From NCBI GenBank assembly GCA_951406725.2, contig OX597814.1, positions 169,156,001 through 169,404,000 of the forward strand: a stretch of 248,000 nucleotides of DNA, in the 5' to 3' direction. The stretch comes from Octopus vulgaris. Lineage: Eukaryota. The notes beneath the pieces are model-generated. The model was not told where the DNA came from. It worked only from the letters and a program-made list of their open reading frames with translations, and did not search any database. Both the position numbers and the translations under genes were made by a program. Of this stretch, positions 128,059 through 144,384 are shown piece after piece; position 1 is the stretch's first letter, and the number at the start of each line of letters is the position of its first letter.

Positions 128059-131000
128059 GTATATATATATATATATAATAAATAGATGAGTGTATTTTTA
128101 CCTTGTTAACAATTAACATGAAAAAAAAAAAAAAAATAGTTACCAGGGCAGCAAAAATCTCACAAGTAAAGGTGTTGTAACTCCTTGTTTATAAAGGTAG
128201 AAACTTCGTGTTTACGTTGAATATTAATAGCGTTCTGTCAATCGCTATACAAATCCATCATTTTTTGCTAAAGTGTCTTATTCACGAGTTTCGTTTTTTT
128301 CACTTTCCTGAGGAGAAGATTGCATTGTTTATACCATTTATTCTTTTGAATAGTATCAGTGGAATTTCGAAACATATGTCGAAAGTAAAAATATTTGATT
128401 ACACCTGCGTTAAATTCCATTTATTTATTCATATATATATATATATATATTTAGCTGCACTTTTACAATGACTTATATTCATGTGTTATTACTCTTTTAC
128501 TCTTACTTGCTTCAGTCATTTGACTGTGGCCATACTGGAGCACTGCCTTTAGTCAAGCAAATCGACCCCAAGACTTATTCTTTGTATGTCTAGTACTTAT
128601 TCTATTGGTCTCTTTTGCCGAACCACTAAGTTACAGGGACATAAACACACAAATATTGGTGGTCAAGCGATGTTGAGGGGACAAACACAGACACACAAAC
128701 ATATACACACATATACATACATATACATATATATATATATATACATATATACAACGAGCTTCTTTCAGTTTCCGTCTTCCAAATCTACTCACAAGACTTT
128801 GGTCAGCCTGAGGCTATAGTGACACTTGCCCAAGGTGCCACGCAGGGGGACTGAACCCAGAACCATGTGGTTCGTAGCAAGCTACTAATCACACAGCCAC
128901 TCCTACACCCATATTCTTTATATTTTGTATTTTGTATTGCAATTAGTAAATAATGGCTCCATTGATCACAGGTTTCCAAAATGTCAATCACTGGTCAATG
129001 GTTCATTGCATTTCTGATGAAGAGAATGGCGCAGTAATATCTGTGTAACTAGGGGCAGAGTAAATATCACAAGGGACTGCATTAGAAATACATTCTTTTT
129101 CCATGTCTTTTGCTAATGCCTACTTACATCTGTAACTGATAAACTGATAGACATTGAAAAATGCATACAGAAAGGACAGGCATACATATTAGGTCTGACT
129201 GTGTCATTGAGAAGTATATATATATGTGTGTGTGTATGTATGTATGTATGTATGTATGTATATATATAAATATACACATACATACATACACACAAACATG
129301 CATACATACATACATACATACATATATATATATAAATAATATATAAATATATGCATATATACATACACATATGTACATACCTACATATATATGTATATAT
129401 ACATGCATATATGGGTACAGGATATCAAAAAAGCTTTGAACGCAATGAGAAACAAAAACATAAAAACCAACTCTTTTTTGAACAATGAAAAAAACAAACT
129501 GGGAAACAAGACATGCAACATAAAAGAATATTTTCCTGCTTCAGTTGTCCCTGTTTCATCTACTCCACGTTTCGAAGGCAAGGACAATACGCAACTTCGT
129601 TGAAACAGTCCTTCCCACAAAACAAATTAAATTAAATTTGGGATTTGTTGCAGAGGATGAAAGTGCTAACAAGAACAGGACAGTGAGAAAAAATCTCAAA
129701 TTTTCCAGCCTTTTTTGTATGATGTGGTGAATGCACTATTTGCCTTGTCTAATTTATTGTTGACTTTTTTTCTCAATTTTGGCATCTGATGAGGAGGCGT
129801 ACCCTAGGTAGGTGAACTGTTTGACTCTCTTTAGTCCATTCTTCCTGATGTTGATGTGAGGTGGGTAATATTCTTGCTGTGGTGTGGGTTGATGGAGGAT
129901 TTTTGTTTTCTTTAAACTAACTTCTAGGCCAAAGTGCCTGGCAAAGCAAGAAGTAATGCATTGCAGGCCTATCTCTGTGTGGGAAATAAGGGCAGCAGTA
130001 TTGGCTATTTGCAACATCAGTGACTGAAAAGTCACTGTTATTCTATATATATATCATTGGTAGTGACATTTGGCTGGTATGTGGCAAGCAGATCCCTGCC
130101 ACTGAGGAAGTGCAGTATGCTAAAATCACATGATCATACAGTTCTGGCACTCATACCAGATGATTCTCATCAGTTAACATAATATGTCTGTGCTCTTAGC
130201 ACCATACATCCATATGAGATCTCTCAAGGTGAGTGCTACAGTAGTTGGTATTCTAATAATACATCTTCATTAAATAGGAGATAAAAATTGCCACATGCAC
130301 ACACACACACACGCACACACATGATAGGATATTTTTAGTTTCCTTCTACCAAATCTACTCATAAAGCTTTAGTTGGACCAAGGCTATAGTAAAAGACATT
130401 TGTCGAAGGTGCTGCCATGCAGTGAATCTGAACCTGAAACCACAATGTCTTGAGGTGAGTTTCTTAACCACACAGTCATGCTTGCGCCTTGTAAAATCTG
130501 AAAGGAATTAACTAAAGCACTGAAATATCAGATGATACAGAAATTCTACAAATCCAAAACACACTACACACTCATCCTTATGAAAATAAGAAGGGGGAAA
130601 AAAAAAACTAAATAAATAAAACAAATAGGTACACACACACACACACTCACACACATTCACATACACCAAGCCAAATTGCCCTGTAAAACCAAACAAAAAA
130701 AAAAAAAAAGAAAAAATGTTCTTCAATAGCCAAATAGTTTCTATTGATATCCAGACACACAGTAATGAATTCTATTGATTGATCTTTTGACTGTCTTTAT
130801 AACTATCAATCATTGTATTGTATTTGATATTATCCAAATAGATACTGCCGCTCGTGGTTTTGTTTGCAATTGGTTTCATTTCTTTTCAATGTTTTCATTC
130901 TTTTTCTTTAAACCCTTTTAATACCAACCTGCCTGGTTCTTTAATAAAACCTTCTTGTTCTAAAGTAATCTAAATTAAAGCCTTTTATTGAAATTTCATG

Positions 131001-133354
131001 TCAATTATGTCTCAAACATCAGCTTAATTATGACTAAGTTATTTTATGAAATTCTTTATTATCGAAATTTGTTTAAAGAAATAAAATATATTACTACATG
131101 AATTTTGCAACAAAAGTGTGAAAGAATGATCTAGAATCAGATGATCCTTGCTGCTCAAATGCAGTGTGACTCAAGATAGGTAGACTTTCTAAGCTTTCTA
131201 CTATAGGTTTTTGCAGTCGTTTTCATACGTTTGTCATTCAATTTGATAATCGGGTCATTCAAAGTTGCGAAAAAATTATCGGAGAGTAAAAGAGTAAAAG
131301 AGTAAAAAAAAGCCATGAAGTTAGACATTCAAATTAATTTTTCGATCATTCAATTTCGCACTTTGGTCATATAATTTAGCATTTACATCATTCAAATTAA
131401 AATGCCCACCGGGAACATTCAAATTAGTCAGAATGTAAGGAAGTATCTTCTTGAGCCTTCAAATTCATTTTGGAACAATCTATTTAACACTTCAAGCAAT
131501 CAAATTAGCATGATAGCCATTTTGGCTTTATCTCATAATCATTGTTATCATAATCATGTGTTTTCATCTACTATTTATGCTTTAAGCTCATATCTTTTCT
131601 ACATATTCTTTTATTTTTGCATAAGTACATGTATTTATAGTTAAGGACTTCATGAAATCACATTCAAGCCTTTACAATTTTTTAAAGAAACTCACAATTA
131701 CAACAAATGCTCATTTTCTTTGGTTTTGAATACATTGTGTTGTGAAATGTGTTCTTCCTTTGCATAATATGTCTTGCTGGGAAAAGTATATATTTCTTTG
131801 ATTTTGCATTCTTTCTTTCATTGTGGAAAGGGTGCTATGCACACTAAAATAATGATTGATATACATTTTTGATAAGGAGAGTTTGAGAGAATTTAGCCAT
131901 CTATTTTCTGGTGGTTGAGGCATCTCAGGAGTTAGGTCTGGGTGTCTCTATACCAACAAACACGATTTTCTGGAGTGATAGCGTTGATGTTACACCTTGC
132001 AACCTGTTGTACGACATGTGCTTGCCATTCTTCCATGGTCTAGTCAGCTTCTTCTGGAGCTGCCCAGTTACCAACCTTTTGCTGCAACTCAGCTTGAGTG
132101 AGGTCCCATTTCATGGCCGCCTTAAAGGCAGAATGTGCCATTTCCTTACTATTAAGAAACAGCAAGTAGGGAGGAAAGAGTTTCAGACTGAGCCATGTGT
132201 TGGCATCAGCTGGGAGCTCGGCACAAATGTGAGAACATGTTGGCACATGCTCAAACTGTTTCTGCCAAGAACTCCTCGAAAGAATTTCATGTAATTGTAT
132301 TGTTCACAATGGAGTGGTGAACCAGGCAAATTGGAGACTGGTGCAGCCATCTGGTTCGCCAGTTCTCAGTCAAATCGTCCAACCCATGCTAACATGGAAA
132401 GCGGACGTTAAACGATGATGATGATGATGATGATGATGATGATCTCGTCTTCTTCACATGAAAAGATGCCTCATTATGATGGTCCATGGCATCATAACAA
132501 ACACGAGACTGACCTGCTAGAAACACCAGCAAAACCTCCTTCAATCATCTTAGTAAAAGAAAGCATTGTACAGTTGTTCTCGATACACAAACAGACGAGG
132601 TGGTCACTGCTGGACATCTATGATCACATAGGTCTGTTCATTTAAAATTTACTAGGGGGCTAAATAACCATGACAATAACAAAAATGATGACAATGATAG
132701 CCGCAACATCAGCAACAACAACAAGCACAGTGAGAAATTCCTTGCTGTAGAACATCCAGTAAACACTGAAATAAACTAGAGAACCTCCTGCTGCTTAGTT
132801 TATTCAATGTGTTGAAATGCCAAACCAATTTGCTATTCATTAACTTGCACTAGCTCCAAAGAACAATCCTACCAATTTAGAATTTCATGGATACAGGCTG
132901 GATTACAGTTTCTTGTATTTTCGGTATGTAATTATGTAGCTCTACCTCATCTGTTGCTATCAAATATATATAAATATATCTAAAAAAAAAAGGTAAAGAA
133001 AAACCAGAGGCCGTCACTGTATTTTATCAAATTTGTTTCTTAAGACTGATTAAATGTTTACTCTGGAACTTTGGAAAAAAATAATTTTGCAAAAAAAAAA
133101 AAAATTAGAAAAAATAAATTAGACTCTGGAGGATGAGGATAATGATATTGTGGATGAAGTGAGAGATGAGGGAAGCTCCTGTGACCTTTGCATCTTCCTA
133201 CCAAACTGTTGAAGTCAATGTGGTTGATGTTCGGAGTGAACTTCTGAAGATCATCATCATCATCATCATCACCACCATCAACACCATTACCACCACCACC
133301 ACCACCACCACCACCACCACCACCACCACCACAAAAACCACCACCACCACAAAA

Positions 133355-133385
<31 letters not shown>

Positions 133386-133587
133386 TCGTTTTTAATGTTC
133401 ATTTTTCCGAGCTTGCATAGGTCGGATGCAATTTGTTGAGATTGATCTATGGTTGGATGCCCTTCCTGTCACAAACCTTCGTCTGCATATGTATATGAAT
133501 ATGTATATATATATGTATATATATGTGTATATATGTATACATATGTGTATATATATATAAGCTGGCAACTTGGTCTGTCCACCACAG

Positions 133588-133624
<37 letters not shown>

Positions 133625-133632
133625 TATATACA

Positions 133633-133663
<31 letters not shown>

Positions 133664-133679
133664 GTATGTATTATATACA

Positions 133680-133710
<31 letters not shown>

Positions 133711-133736
133711 GTATATATACAAACATACATACATAT

Positions 133737-133788
<52 letters not shown>

Positions 133789-134087
133789 TGTGGTGGACAG
133801 ACCAAGTTGCCAGCTTGCCTGATAGCAAGTGGGCCTCTGCATCATTAGAATCCATATATGGGGGCCCATGTTAGTATCAAGTTTGAGAATTTTTTACTCA
133901 CTCCTGGAAGAATACATTAATTATTTCAGCCTGGCTGTGTTTGTAGACAGTTGAAAAGATTATTTTTAACAAAAAAAAAAAAATTAAATTATAGCATTGT
134001 AGTTGCGGGTGGGTCCCCTTAGTCTCCTGGCAACCAATGTTTTTAGACCTAGTCCGCCACTGTATACATAAGTGTGTGTATATACGA

Positions 134088-134139
<52 letters not shown>

Positions 134140-134933
134140 ATAGATATATATAGGTATATAGATATATAGATATATATATACACACACATATATATATACC
134201 ATACAGGGGAACCATCTCAAAAGGTTTTATTTTTTTTAAAGCCTGGTACTCATTTTGTTGGTCTCTTTTGTGGAACTGTTATGCTATGTGGACATAAACA
134301 AACTAACACCAGTTGTTAAGCTATGGTAAGGGACAAACACAAAGTCACATATCATCATCATCATCATCATCATCATCGTTTAACGTCCGTTTTCCGCGCT
134401 AGCACGGGTTGGACGGTTCGACCGGGGTCTGGGAAGCCAGGGGCCGCTCCAGGCTCCAGTCTGATTCTGGCAGAGTTTCTACGGCTGGATGCCCTTCCTA
134501 ACGCCAACCACTCCGTGAGTGGATTGGGTGCTTTTTACATATATATATATATATATATATAGTTAATCCAAACAAGAAAGCACAAAAAAACACAACAATG
134601 CGAGGACGTGGAACAAATATAGTATTATTGGACACTCAGGAAAGAAGGAGGATTTAACGTTTCGAGCGGAGCTCTTCGTCGGAAACATAGGAGAAGGGAA
134701 GACAGATGAAAAAAAATCGCCAACGGTACACACGCGGTCACATTTATATATATATTTATCTATGTATGTAGATGTCTATATATGTGTATGCTAGTGTAAA
134801 TTTTAATACTATGTATTGTTTTGGTGTTATCATGAGGTATACAGTATGTAAAATATTAACGATCTTCTGAGTTACTTTATTTCCCCCGAGGTATCAATCT
134901 ATATAAACCAGTGAAGATCAGCCAGAGACTTAC

Positions 134934-134995
134934 ATCGCTACATAGTCAACTTCAATATATTCTAGTCTGGTGAAGATTCTGAATGCAAATTCTGG
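134934..134995 (-). CDS. Candidate exon (PEFAFRIFTRLEYIEVDYVA)
   Basis: ccacctag acceptor, gtaagt donor, 62 nt. Confidence 0.22.
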
Positions 134996-137319
134996 CTAGG
135001 TGGAGTGATTGAGAGAGCTTTTAAAGTTGAGTTGTTTTATCTCTACCTGATAAAGAATAATATTTGAGCCGTCAAATTTATAAGTTTCAAGGATGGTTTT
135101 TCCCTTTAAGATATTAAAATGCCGCCAGAAATACAATAAAAGTTGTCTGCAAATATCTTTAGTACAATTTCATCATAATTTGACTAAGAATATGCTTGTG
135201 TATTGTGCTGTTATTTTTAATGTTATGGTGACCAGCCTGTGGTGGTATAGGTATTCAAACTATTTTGGTATTCTATTAGAATACCAAAATAGTTTGAACA
135301 CTACATTTCTCTAGAATTTATTAAAGCTGTTGCTATACCAAAGTCTAAGTATTTTAGTTCAATATTATTTCATTCTTGGCAATATCACATTAATTCCTCC
135401 TGCACCATATCTTGACTTTAACTGTTGTTAGGCTGTTATGAGGTACACATACTTTTGCTGGGCCAGAAAGGTGAGAAAATATTGTGAAAAGGCATTTGGT
135501 ATAGATCTCTCAATTTATCCATTTCTTACTTGTTTCAGTCAGACTGCAGCCATGCTGGGGCAACACCTTGAAGGATTTAGTCAAATAAACTGACACCAAG
135601 TACTTTTTGTTTCTCAAGTTTGGCACTTTTTGCCAAACTGCTGGGTTATGAGAACACAAACAAAGCAACACTGGTTGCCAAGTGGTGGTGGGGACAATCA
135701 TAAACACACATATTCACATGTGCACACACATATCATCATCATCATTACCACCACCACCACTACCACTACCACAACCACCAAAACCACCACCACAACCACA
135801 ACGACGACGACGACGACCACCACCACCACCACCACCATCACCACCATCATCATCATCATCATCATCATTTAACATCTGCTCTCCACATGTTGAGCTTCTT
135901 TCAATTTCTATCTACTAAATCCACTCACAGGCTTTGGTCAGCCCAAGGCTCTAGTAGAAGGTACTTGCCCAAGGTACCACACAATGGGACTGAATCCAGA
136001 ACCATGTGACTGGGAAGCAAACTTCTAATCACATAGCCACACCTGCACCTGTTTTCCTAATGTATCTTAAACAAGACATATTCACTGGCTATGGCCAAGC
136101 TGAAATACCACCTTCAAGGATATATTTACCAATTATACTCACTGTTCTCCCTCCCAATTCTTGTTGTATCAACTGGGACTTATTTTATCCACTTGAGAAA
136201 GATGATTTATCAGTTTGGGTCTGCATGGGATTTGAACTCAGAACATAAATGTTGTAACTAAAACCCTCGAAGTATTTAATTCTATAAATTATCGATTCTG
136301 CTATCTGTCTACCTTAATTAAATCTTTTTTTCATATTAAATAATAAGTAAATGCGCCCTTTTAAAGCCTAGTCAGGCTCATGGGCCCGGTTTCCTGGTTT
136401 CTATGGCGTATGTGTTCCTCAGCTGGATGGGACGCCATAACCACTAAGCCACGCACCTCCACTTTTCTTTTTACATATTACTGTTTCTTTTCCTTTTAAT
136501 TACCATCTACCTGTGCACCTATAAAATATAATGTAGACATCAAATATTTTCATATTATGACAGGCTATAGAGACAAGCACAAAATGTGTGTTCAGATGAG
136601 TATAACCTTCTGATGAGAAAAACAAAAATGTACTGATAGGAAATTAGATTACATGGAATATATTTTCTTCGTTTTCTCCAAGTGCCAGCCAGAATTGGAA
136701 TCCTGTCATGTCGGCTTGAATGCCCTATCTTGTAATAACAATGAAGGACAGGTTATAAATCAAAATGTGACTTTCACACTTCCTGTTAGCTATCAAAGCA
136801 ACAGTAAGATAGAAAGTTATGAAAATTGAAGCTGGCCTTCCGACATTATGCCAATGTCCAGAACATTCTACTGCATTCCACCATCATCCATTCTGCCTGT
136901 TAATCGTCGCTAACCATAGCCAAATATATCATTAAAGAGCACTGAGTATAAATGAGAATATCATATTGCTAACATCATAGAATAGAACACTACGTTTTTT
137001 TATATATATTTATATACCGCCACTTGATATGTGTGTATGCATGTGTATGTGAGTAAGAAGGTATTAGTGTATATGTGTGGAAATACAAGCATACATCATA
137101 CATAGACACATATTTACATACATACTCTCTCACATTCGCTGCTACAAATACATACATACTCTCTCACATTCGCTGCTACAAATACATACATACTCTCTCA
137201 CATTCGCTGCTACAAATACATACATCTAAACCTCAGTACTAAGACAGAAGTTGAAGAGTATGGTGAAGTTTGGATTGACAGATTGTGCAGGAAGAGAAAA
137301 ATTTAAAGAAAGAGATAAC

Positions 137320-137358
<39 letters not shown>

Positions 137359-140282
137359 AATTATTGTATACAGTGCTCAGGTGCACCACAACTTGTCAAA
137401 AGTGCGTATAAAGCATACGCAGTAATGTACAAATGTCTGGGAAGTGAGCAGTGTATGAGTCAGATACATGCTTGCATGTGTATGGAGGGGAGAAAATCAG
137501 GTGTAGTGTTGGTGAATCTCAGGAAGCATGGAAGTTTTGAAGGATGCAGTGCTCCGACAACTAACAACTGACGTCAGCAGTTTGCTCCATTCTTCAGTAA
137601 CTCTTAGTGTGAAAAAATGTTTCCGAAAGTCATGGGAGCTGTGCTGTTTTCTGACTTTGTAAACATGTCCACGGGTGTTAGACAGGTGAAGTTTGAAAAG
137701 GTGCTCAGAGTTATTGTTAGTAAGATGGTTAATAATTTTATGGGTGCCTGCGAAGTCAGCTGCCAGACGTCAGAGTTTCAATGTGTCCATGCCCAGGGAT
137801 GTAAGGCATTCAGAATATGGCAAATGCCTGATGGAGGGTATTCTCTTGGTTGCATGTCACTGAACGGTTTCCAGACGATTAATATCCTGGGCATATATCG
137901 AAGGTGAGAGCAGCGAATTCCCAAAATTCTTCAGAATTAACATTTCCAGAATATTCCAAGGAAGAATGATTGGTAACAATATTCATGGAGTTTTTAGAGA
138001 CTATGTTGATGTGGTTACCATAGTATAGGTTCCATATTTCAATGTGAGTTGAAGTGGCAGAATTGCTTTATCTTAGATGAACCTGGGATTTGAAACTTCT
138101 GGTAAGAACTGTACTGTGGGCAAGTTTGAGAGAGCAGCTTGCATTCTACTCAGAATAGGGGTCTGTGTAGAATATAGTGCTTGACTGGAATCAGTATGGG
138201 CACCAACATCACCATCATCATCATCATCATTATCCTCATCACTTTTTTGTTTAGTACCAGGTCAATTAGATTGAGCTGATCTATGGTTAAAAGAGTTATG
138301 ATCGTAACCATCTCATTTTCCGTAGCATTATGTATTTTATTAACAATCAGCAGAAGCTACAAAATGACTCAAGGGCCAAGGGTTTCATGTGTTGGCATTT
138401 ACCTGGAACTAAGTTATCTCATTTGTCCTTCATTTGTATGTAGTTTGAAGAAGATATGGCTGGCTGCTATTTCTAGCTGGTCAGGTGATTAAGTAGAGGC
138501 TTCCGTCTGTGCCCAATTGAACATTTGGTTGTTGCCAACTTTGACTGATCACAATTATAATGAAAGACTTTCCAGTTATGACAGTTTGTATGATGATGGT
138601 GATGATGACAACATGTGTGATTAAGTACATTAACATGTGTGTTTGAATTTGTGTATGTATGTATCTATGGGTGTATATAATAATCACCTCATGGTAAGGT
138701 CACAAGAGGAAGCTATGTGAAACTCACATACATGTATCTTTTATCTTTTACTCATTTCATGCTGGGGCATTGCCTTGAAGGGCTTAGTCAAACAAATTGA
138801 CCCTAGTACTTATTTTCTTCTTTTTCAGCCTGGTATCTATTCTATCAGTATCTTTTGCTGAACCACTATGTTATGGGGACATAAACAAACCAACACTCAT
138901 TGTCAAGTGGTGGTCACACACACACAAACACACACACATTTATATATATATATATACACCATAAATCCTCGAGTATAATCTGCATTTTTTCCCTAAAATT
139001 TAAAGGTCAAAATCCCTAGTGCATATTATACACGAGGTTAAAAATGAAAATGATTTCTAAGTAGTGTCCAAGTCTCTATTTGCTGTCCGGCAATGTTTAT
139101 TCAGATGCATTTTGTGATGTCGGCCACGAAAATACCTTAAGCTAAGCCTGAAAGCAATGAAGTCATTAAAGAATCATCCATAACTTGCAGTAAGCAATAT
139201 TTATTAAACATTATTACTATTATTTCTTTATTTTCTGCAAACAAAATGCACAAAAAAGCTAACTTGTGTCAAGGAGGTCTATATAACATCCTTGGTTTGT
139301 AAAAATGTATGCAGTAGCGTACTTTATTATACAATAATAATAAAGTACGCTACTGCATACATTTTTACAAACCAAGGATGTTATATAGACCTCCTTGACA
139401 CAAGTTAGAGAAGGGGTGCGTATTATACACAAGGTTTAGGTTTTTCAGCCAGCCATATCTTCTTCAAACTACATACAAATGAAGGACAAATGAGATAACC
139501 TAGTTCTAGGTAAATTCCAACACATGAAACCCTTGGCCCTTGAGTCATTTTGTAGCTTCTGCTGATTGTTAATAAAATACATAATGTTACGGAAAATGAG
139601 ATGGTTACGATCATAACTCTTTTGACCATAGATCAGCTCAATCTAATTGACCTGGTATTAAACAAAAAAATGATGAGGATAATGATGATGATGATGACGA
139701 TGGTGATGTTGGTGCCCATACTGATTCCAGTCAAGCACTATATTCTACACAGACCCCTATTCTGAGTAGAATGCAAGCTGCTCTCCCAAACTTGCCCACA
139801 GTACAAATCTGCCTTAAAAATCCCCTTCGTATTATACTCAAGGGCAGACTATACTCAAGGATTTACGGTATGTATTCATATATAAAATATACAAGGCACT
139901 TTTTGTCAGATGACTGAAACTAAAAGGTATGTACTTTGAGTGCTCAGTTTGGTACACCACTAAAATTCAAGTATAAATTGCAGTTGAACATGTGATTTTG
140001 CAATTGCCTTTCTAAAGCAGCTAGAAATGCCTTCCCCTTGAGCAGGTGTGTATTGATTAAAAGAGAAATGAAGAAGTAAACAATTTGGTTAGACTTGACA
140101 AGGACATTTAATTTAGCTATATAATATGATATAATACAATATAAAGGTGTATATAGAGATTAAATACACCTTTGTATTGTATTATATATCATTATATAGC
140201 TAAATTAATTGTCCTTGTCAAGTCTCACTAAATTGTTTGCCTCTTCATTTCTGTTTTAATTTATTTTCATATGTACATATAT

Positions 140283-140332
<50 letters not shown>

Positions 140333-141591
140333 CATATATATACATATACATACATACATATATATACATATATATACATATACATACATACAAATATGTA
140401 CATATATATATATAACAGGTTTCTTTCAGCTTTTAAATAATAATAATAATAATGAAATTATTGTGTATAGTGCTCAGGTGCACTACAGCATAAATCCTCT
140501 CACAAGGCTTTGGCCAGCATGGGGTTATAGTAGAAGTCCCCTGCTGAATGTGCCATGCTGTGGGAATGAACCTGGAACCATGTGATTGGGAAGCAGACTT
140601 CTTACCACACAGCCACATCTTGTTCTAGTTTGTAATATTGGTTTTAAATTTTGGCACAAGGCCAGCAACTTCAGGGGAGGGGTGAGTCGATTTCCCTGAC
140701 ACCCCACTCCTCCACTAATGATCAGCTGGTACTTATTTTATCAGCCTTGAAAGGACAAAAGGCAAAGTCGACCTCAGTGGAATTTGAACTCAGAACGTAA
140801 AGACAGATGAAATACTTATTTCTTTATTACCCACAAGGGGCTAAACATAGAGGGGACAAACATGGACAGACATAGGTATTAAGTCGATTATATCAACCCC
140901 AGTGCTTAACTGGTACTTAATTTATCGACCCCGAAAGGATGAAAGGCGGAATTTGAACTCAGAATGTAACGGCAGCTGAAATACCGCTAAGCATTTCGCC
141001 CGACGTGCTAACGATTCTGCCAGCTCGCCGCCTTTGATGAAATACTGCTAAGCATTTTGCCTGGCATATCAACGATTCTGCCAACATCTCACCTCTTTTC
141101 AGCTTGTATTATTTTGTAGCGGCACAAGCAGTCAGTGCCATATTGGATGAGAACTCGTGGCAGCTATTGCCATCTCCAAGACTGAAGTGAGACCTCACCT
141201 GCATCCATTTGCCATGCGTGAGATCACAACGAGGCTCGCAATGGAAAACTATATAAAGGAAAAACCCGATTCAGATCTCTCTCTTTTGATGCCACCTTCA
141301 CAGCAGCACTGGCTGAACACCACCACTGGCTGGACCTGTCTATAGGTTGTATCTCCAGAGACATTGCTCCCACACTAATGGAGCTACTACACAACGCACA
141401 CAGCTTAAGATGGTAGCTGAAACCTGTAAATAAACCAGTTGTAAATAGCGTTTGTACTTGAAGTCTTCTCTCTTCGCTTGCCAGAACCACATGGTTCTGG
141501 GTTCAGTCTCACTGCGTGGCACTTTGGGAAAGTGTCTTCTACCATAGCCTCGGGCCGACCGGTAGACGGAAACTGAAAAAAGCCTGTCATA

Positions 141592-141627
<36 letters not shown>

Positions 141628-141657
141628 TGTATGTATGTATGTATGTATGTATATATA

Positions 141658-141800
<143 letters not shown>

Positions 141801-144334
141801 GTGTGTATATGTTTGTGTGTCTGTGTTTGTCCCCCCAACATCGCTTGACAACTGATGCTGCTGTGTTTAAGTCACCGTAACTTAGCGTAATAAGTACTAG
141901 GCTTACAAAGAATAAGTCCTGGGGTCGATTTGCTCGACTAAAGGCGGTGCTCCAGCATGGCCACAGTCAAATGGCTGAAACAAGTAAAAGAGTAAAAGAG
142001 TAAAAGATATGAGTGTTATCATGTGAAATCTATAACCTAGTCACTGATACCTGAGTAGAAACACCTTTGTCTGTCTTCCTGCCTGTCTGTTTACCTTCTC
142101 GCCCATTTGCATACCTAAACATGCACACATATACATACACATATCTTGCATACATGTGCATGTGTATCTGTGCACTGAAGCATAAAATTTTAGTGCATCT
142201 ATAGCAATTTTCACATTAAGTTTTCCAAAGAAAATCTGCCAACCTTAACAGATAACAGTAAATATATGAATGACAAAACAGCTTCACTGATCAAGAATGT
142301 TAATTGTTGCATGAAATTTTCAAGTTTAGTTGATAAATTCCCTTCAGAAGCTCACATCACAACAGTTTTCTGGGCTGTTGTCTTTATTGATCATAAGTGA
142401 CACAGGTTATGAAAGATGACATTTTTTGTCATTTTTCTAAAATTCCACATGTTATGTCTTATATCTTATCTATCTGTTCAATATCATTTTGATGGCATGT
142501 TATTAGAATGGTTCTAATTAGTTGGTCAAACAATGTACAGGGTTGGCCAAAAGTCAGCTGACAGTAAATCAAAACTCTTTTTAATTCCAAGATTAAAACA
142601 AAAAATTATTTTATATGAGACTTTGCTAATAAACAGGCAAATGTTGAAAAAAAAAATATGGTGATTTTTAACTCACATAATTCAATTATTAAACATTCAT
142701 AATTGGAATGAATAAATAAAAGTGAACATTAAGTATTTATGGAATCTTGATTTACTGTTGGGTGACTTTTGGCCAACCCTGTATATTTGTGTGTGTACTC
142801 TTTACTCTTTTACTTGTTTCAGTCATTTGACTGTGGCCATGCTGGAGCACCGCCTTTAGTCGAGCAAATTGACATCACGACTTATTCTTTGTAAGCCTAG
142901 TACTTATTCTATCGGTCTCATTTGCAAAACCGCTAAGTTACGGGAACGTAAACACACCAACACCGGTTGTCAAGCGATGTTGGGGGGGACAAACACGGAC
143001 ACACAAACACACACACACACTCACACACACACACACACACACATATACATATATATGACAGGTTTCTTTCAGTTTCCATCTACCAAATCCACTCACAAGG
143101 CTTTGGTTGGCCCAAGGCTACAGTAGAAGACACTTGCCCAAGGTGTCATGCAGTGGGACTGAATCCAGACCATGTGGTTTGTAAGCAAGCTACTTACCAC
143201 AAAGCCACTCCTATGCCTATGTGTGTGTATATAAATATATATGTATGTGTATATATATATGTGTGTGTATATATGTGTATATATGTGTATGTATGTATGT
143301 GTACATGTGTGTATATGTGTATGTATTTGTATATATGTGTGTGTATATATGTATCTATATATATGTGTGTGTGTATATGAGGTGGTATTAAAAAGTTTCC
143401 AGACTAGTTATGTTTAATAAAAAAATAACTTATGTACCTAAGTTTTAGCATCATCACCTTCCACAGCAATACACTGGTCCCAGCATTCCTGGCACTTTTG
143501 AAATCCAGTCTGGAAGACGTTTTCCGTAAGTGAGTTGATTACTATGTGTAGGGTGTGGTTGAGAAATTCACCAACCACTCTGCTGGAAATACCAAGGCTG
143601 AGCTAGTGACCAAGATGAAGGAGGTGTTTGAAGATCTCAGGAACACAGTGAAGAATTCATGCACCAGGTTCCAGGGCCTGAGAGCAGCTACGTTGAGCAT
143701 ACAGCTATCTGCCTGCCACAATCTATTTGATAATTTTTTTTGATCTTTTAAAAATACTTTTCTCTGTCAGAGGATCTTTGTCTTGCATGTTACTTAGTAA
143801 CCCTTGGTAACCCTGCAGTGTTTCATGCCACACAAAAAGCAACCAGTCCACACTGCAAAGTGGTTGGCATTTGAAAGGGCATCCAGCTTTAAAAACCATG
143901 CTGAAACTATACTTATGACACATGAAAACACTCTCTCCACCCTGTGGGGTGGTTGATGTTAGGAAGAGCTGTAAAAAACCATGCCAAAACTGACCTCACC
144001 TGTGCTTGTGCCATATAAAAAGTACTCTGTTCACCTTGCTGGGTGGTTGGTGTCTGGAAAAGTATTCAGCTGTAAAAACCATTCCTAAATTGACCTCACC
144101 TGCACTTAAGCCACATGAAAAGCACTCTAACCACCCTGCTGGGTGGTTGGTGTTAGGAAGAGCATCCAACTGTAAAAACTGTGTCAAAACTAACCTCACC
144201 GGTTTTGTGCCATGTAAAAAGCACACTGTTCACCTGGTTGGGTGGTTGGTGTTAGGAAGAGCATCCAACTGTAAAAACCTAGCCAGCTCCTGTCAAGCTG
144301 TCCAACCCATGCCAACACAGAAGGTGGATCTTAA

Positions 144335-144384
<50 letters not shown>

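Noticed and set aside
136683-136803. Plus-strand exon-like segment CQPELESCHVGLNALSCNNNEGQVINQNVTFTLPVSYQSN
   Set aside because: Good splice signals but no homology and no robust plus-strand chain. Kept only as a rival hypothesis to the minus-strand model.
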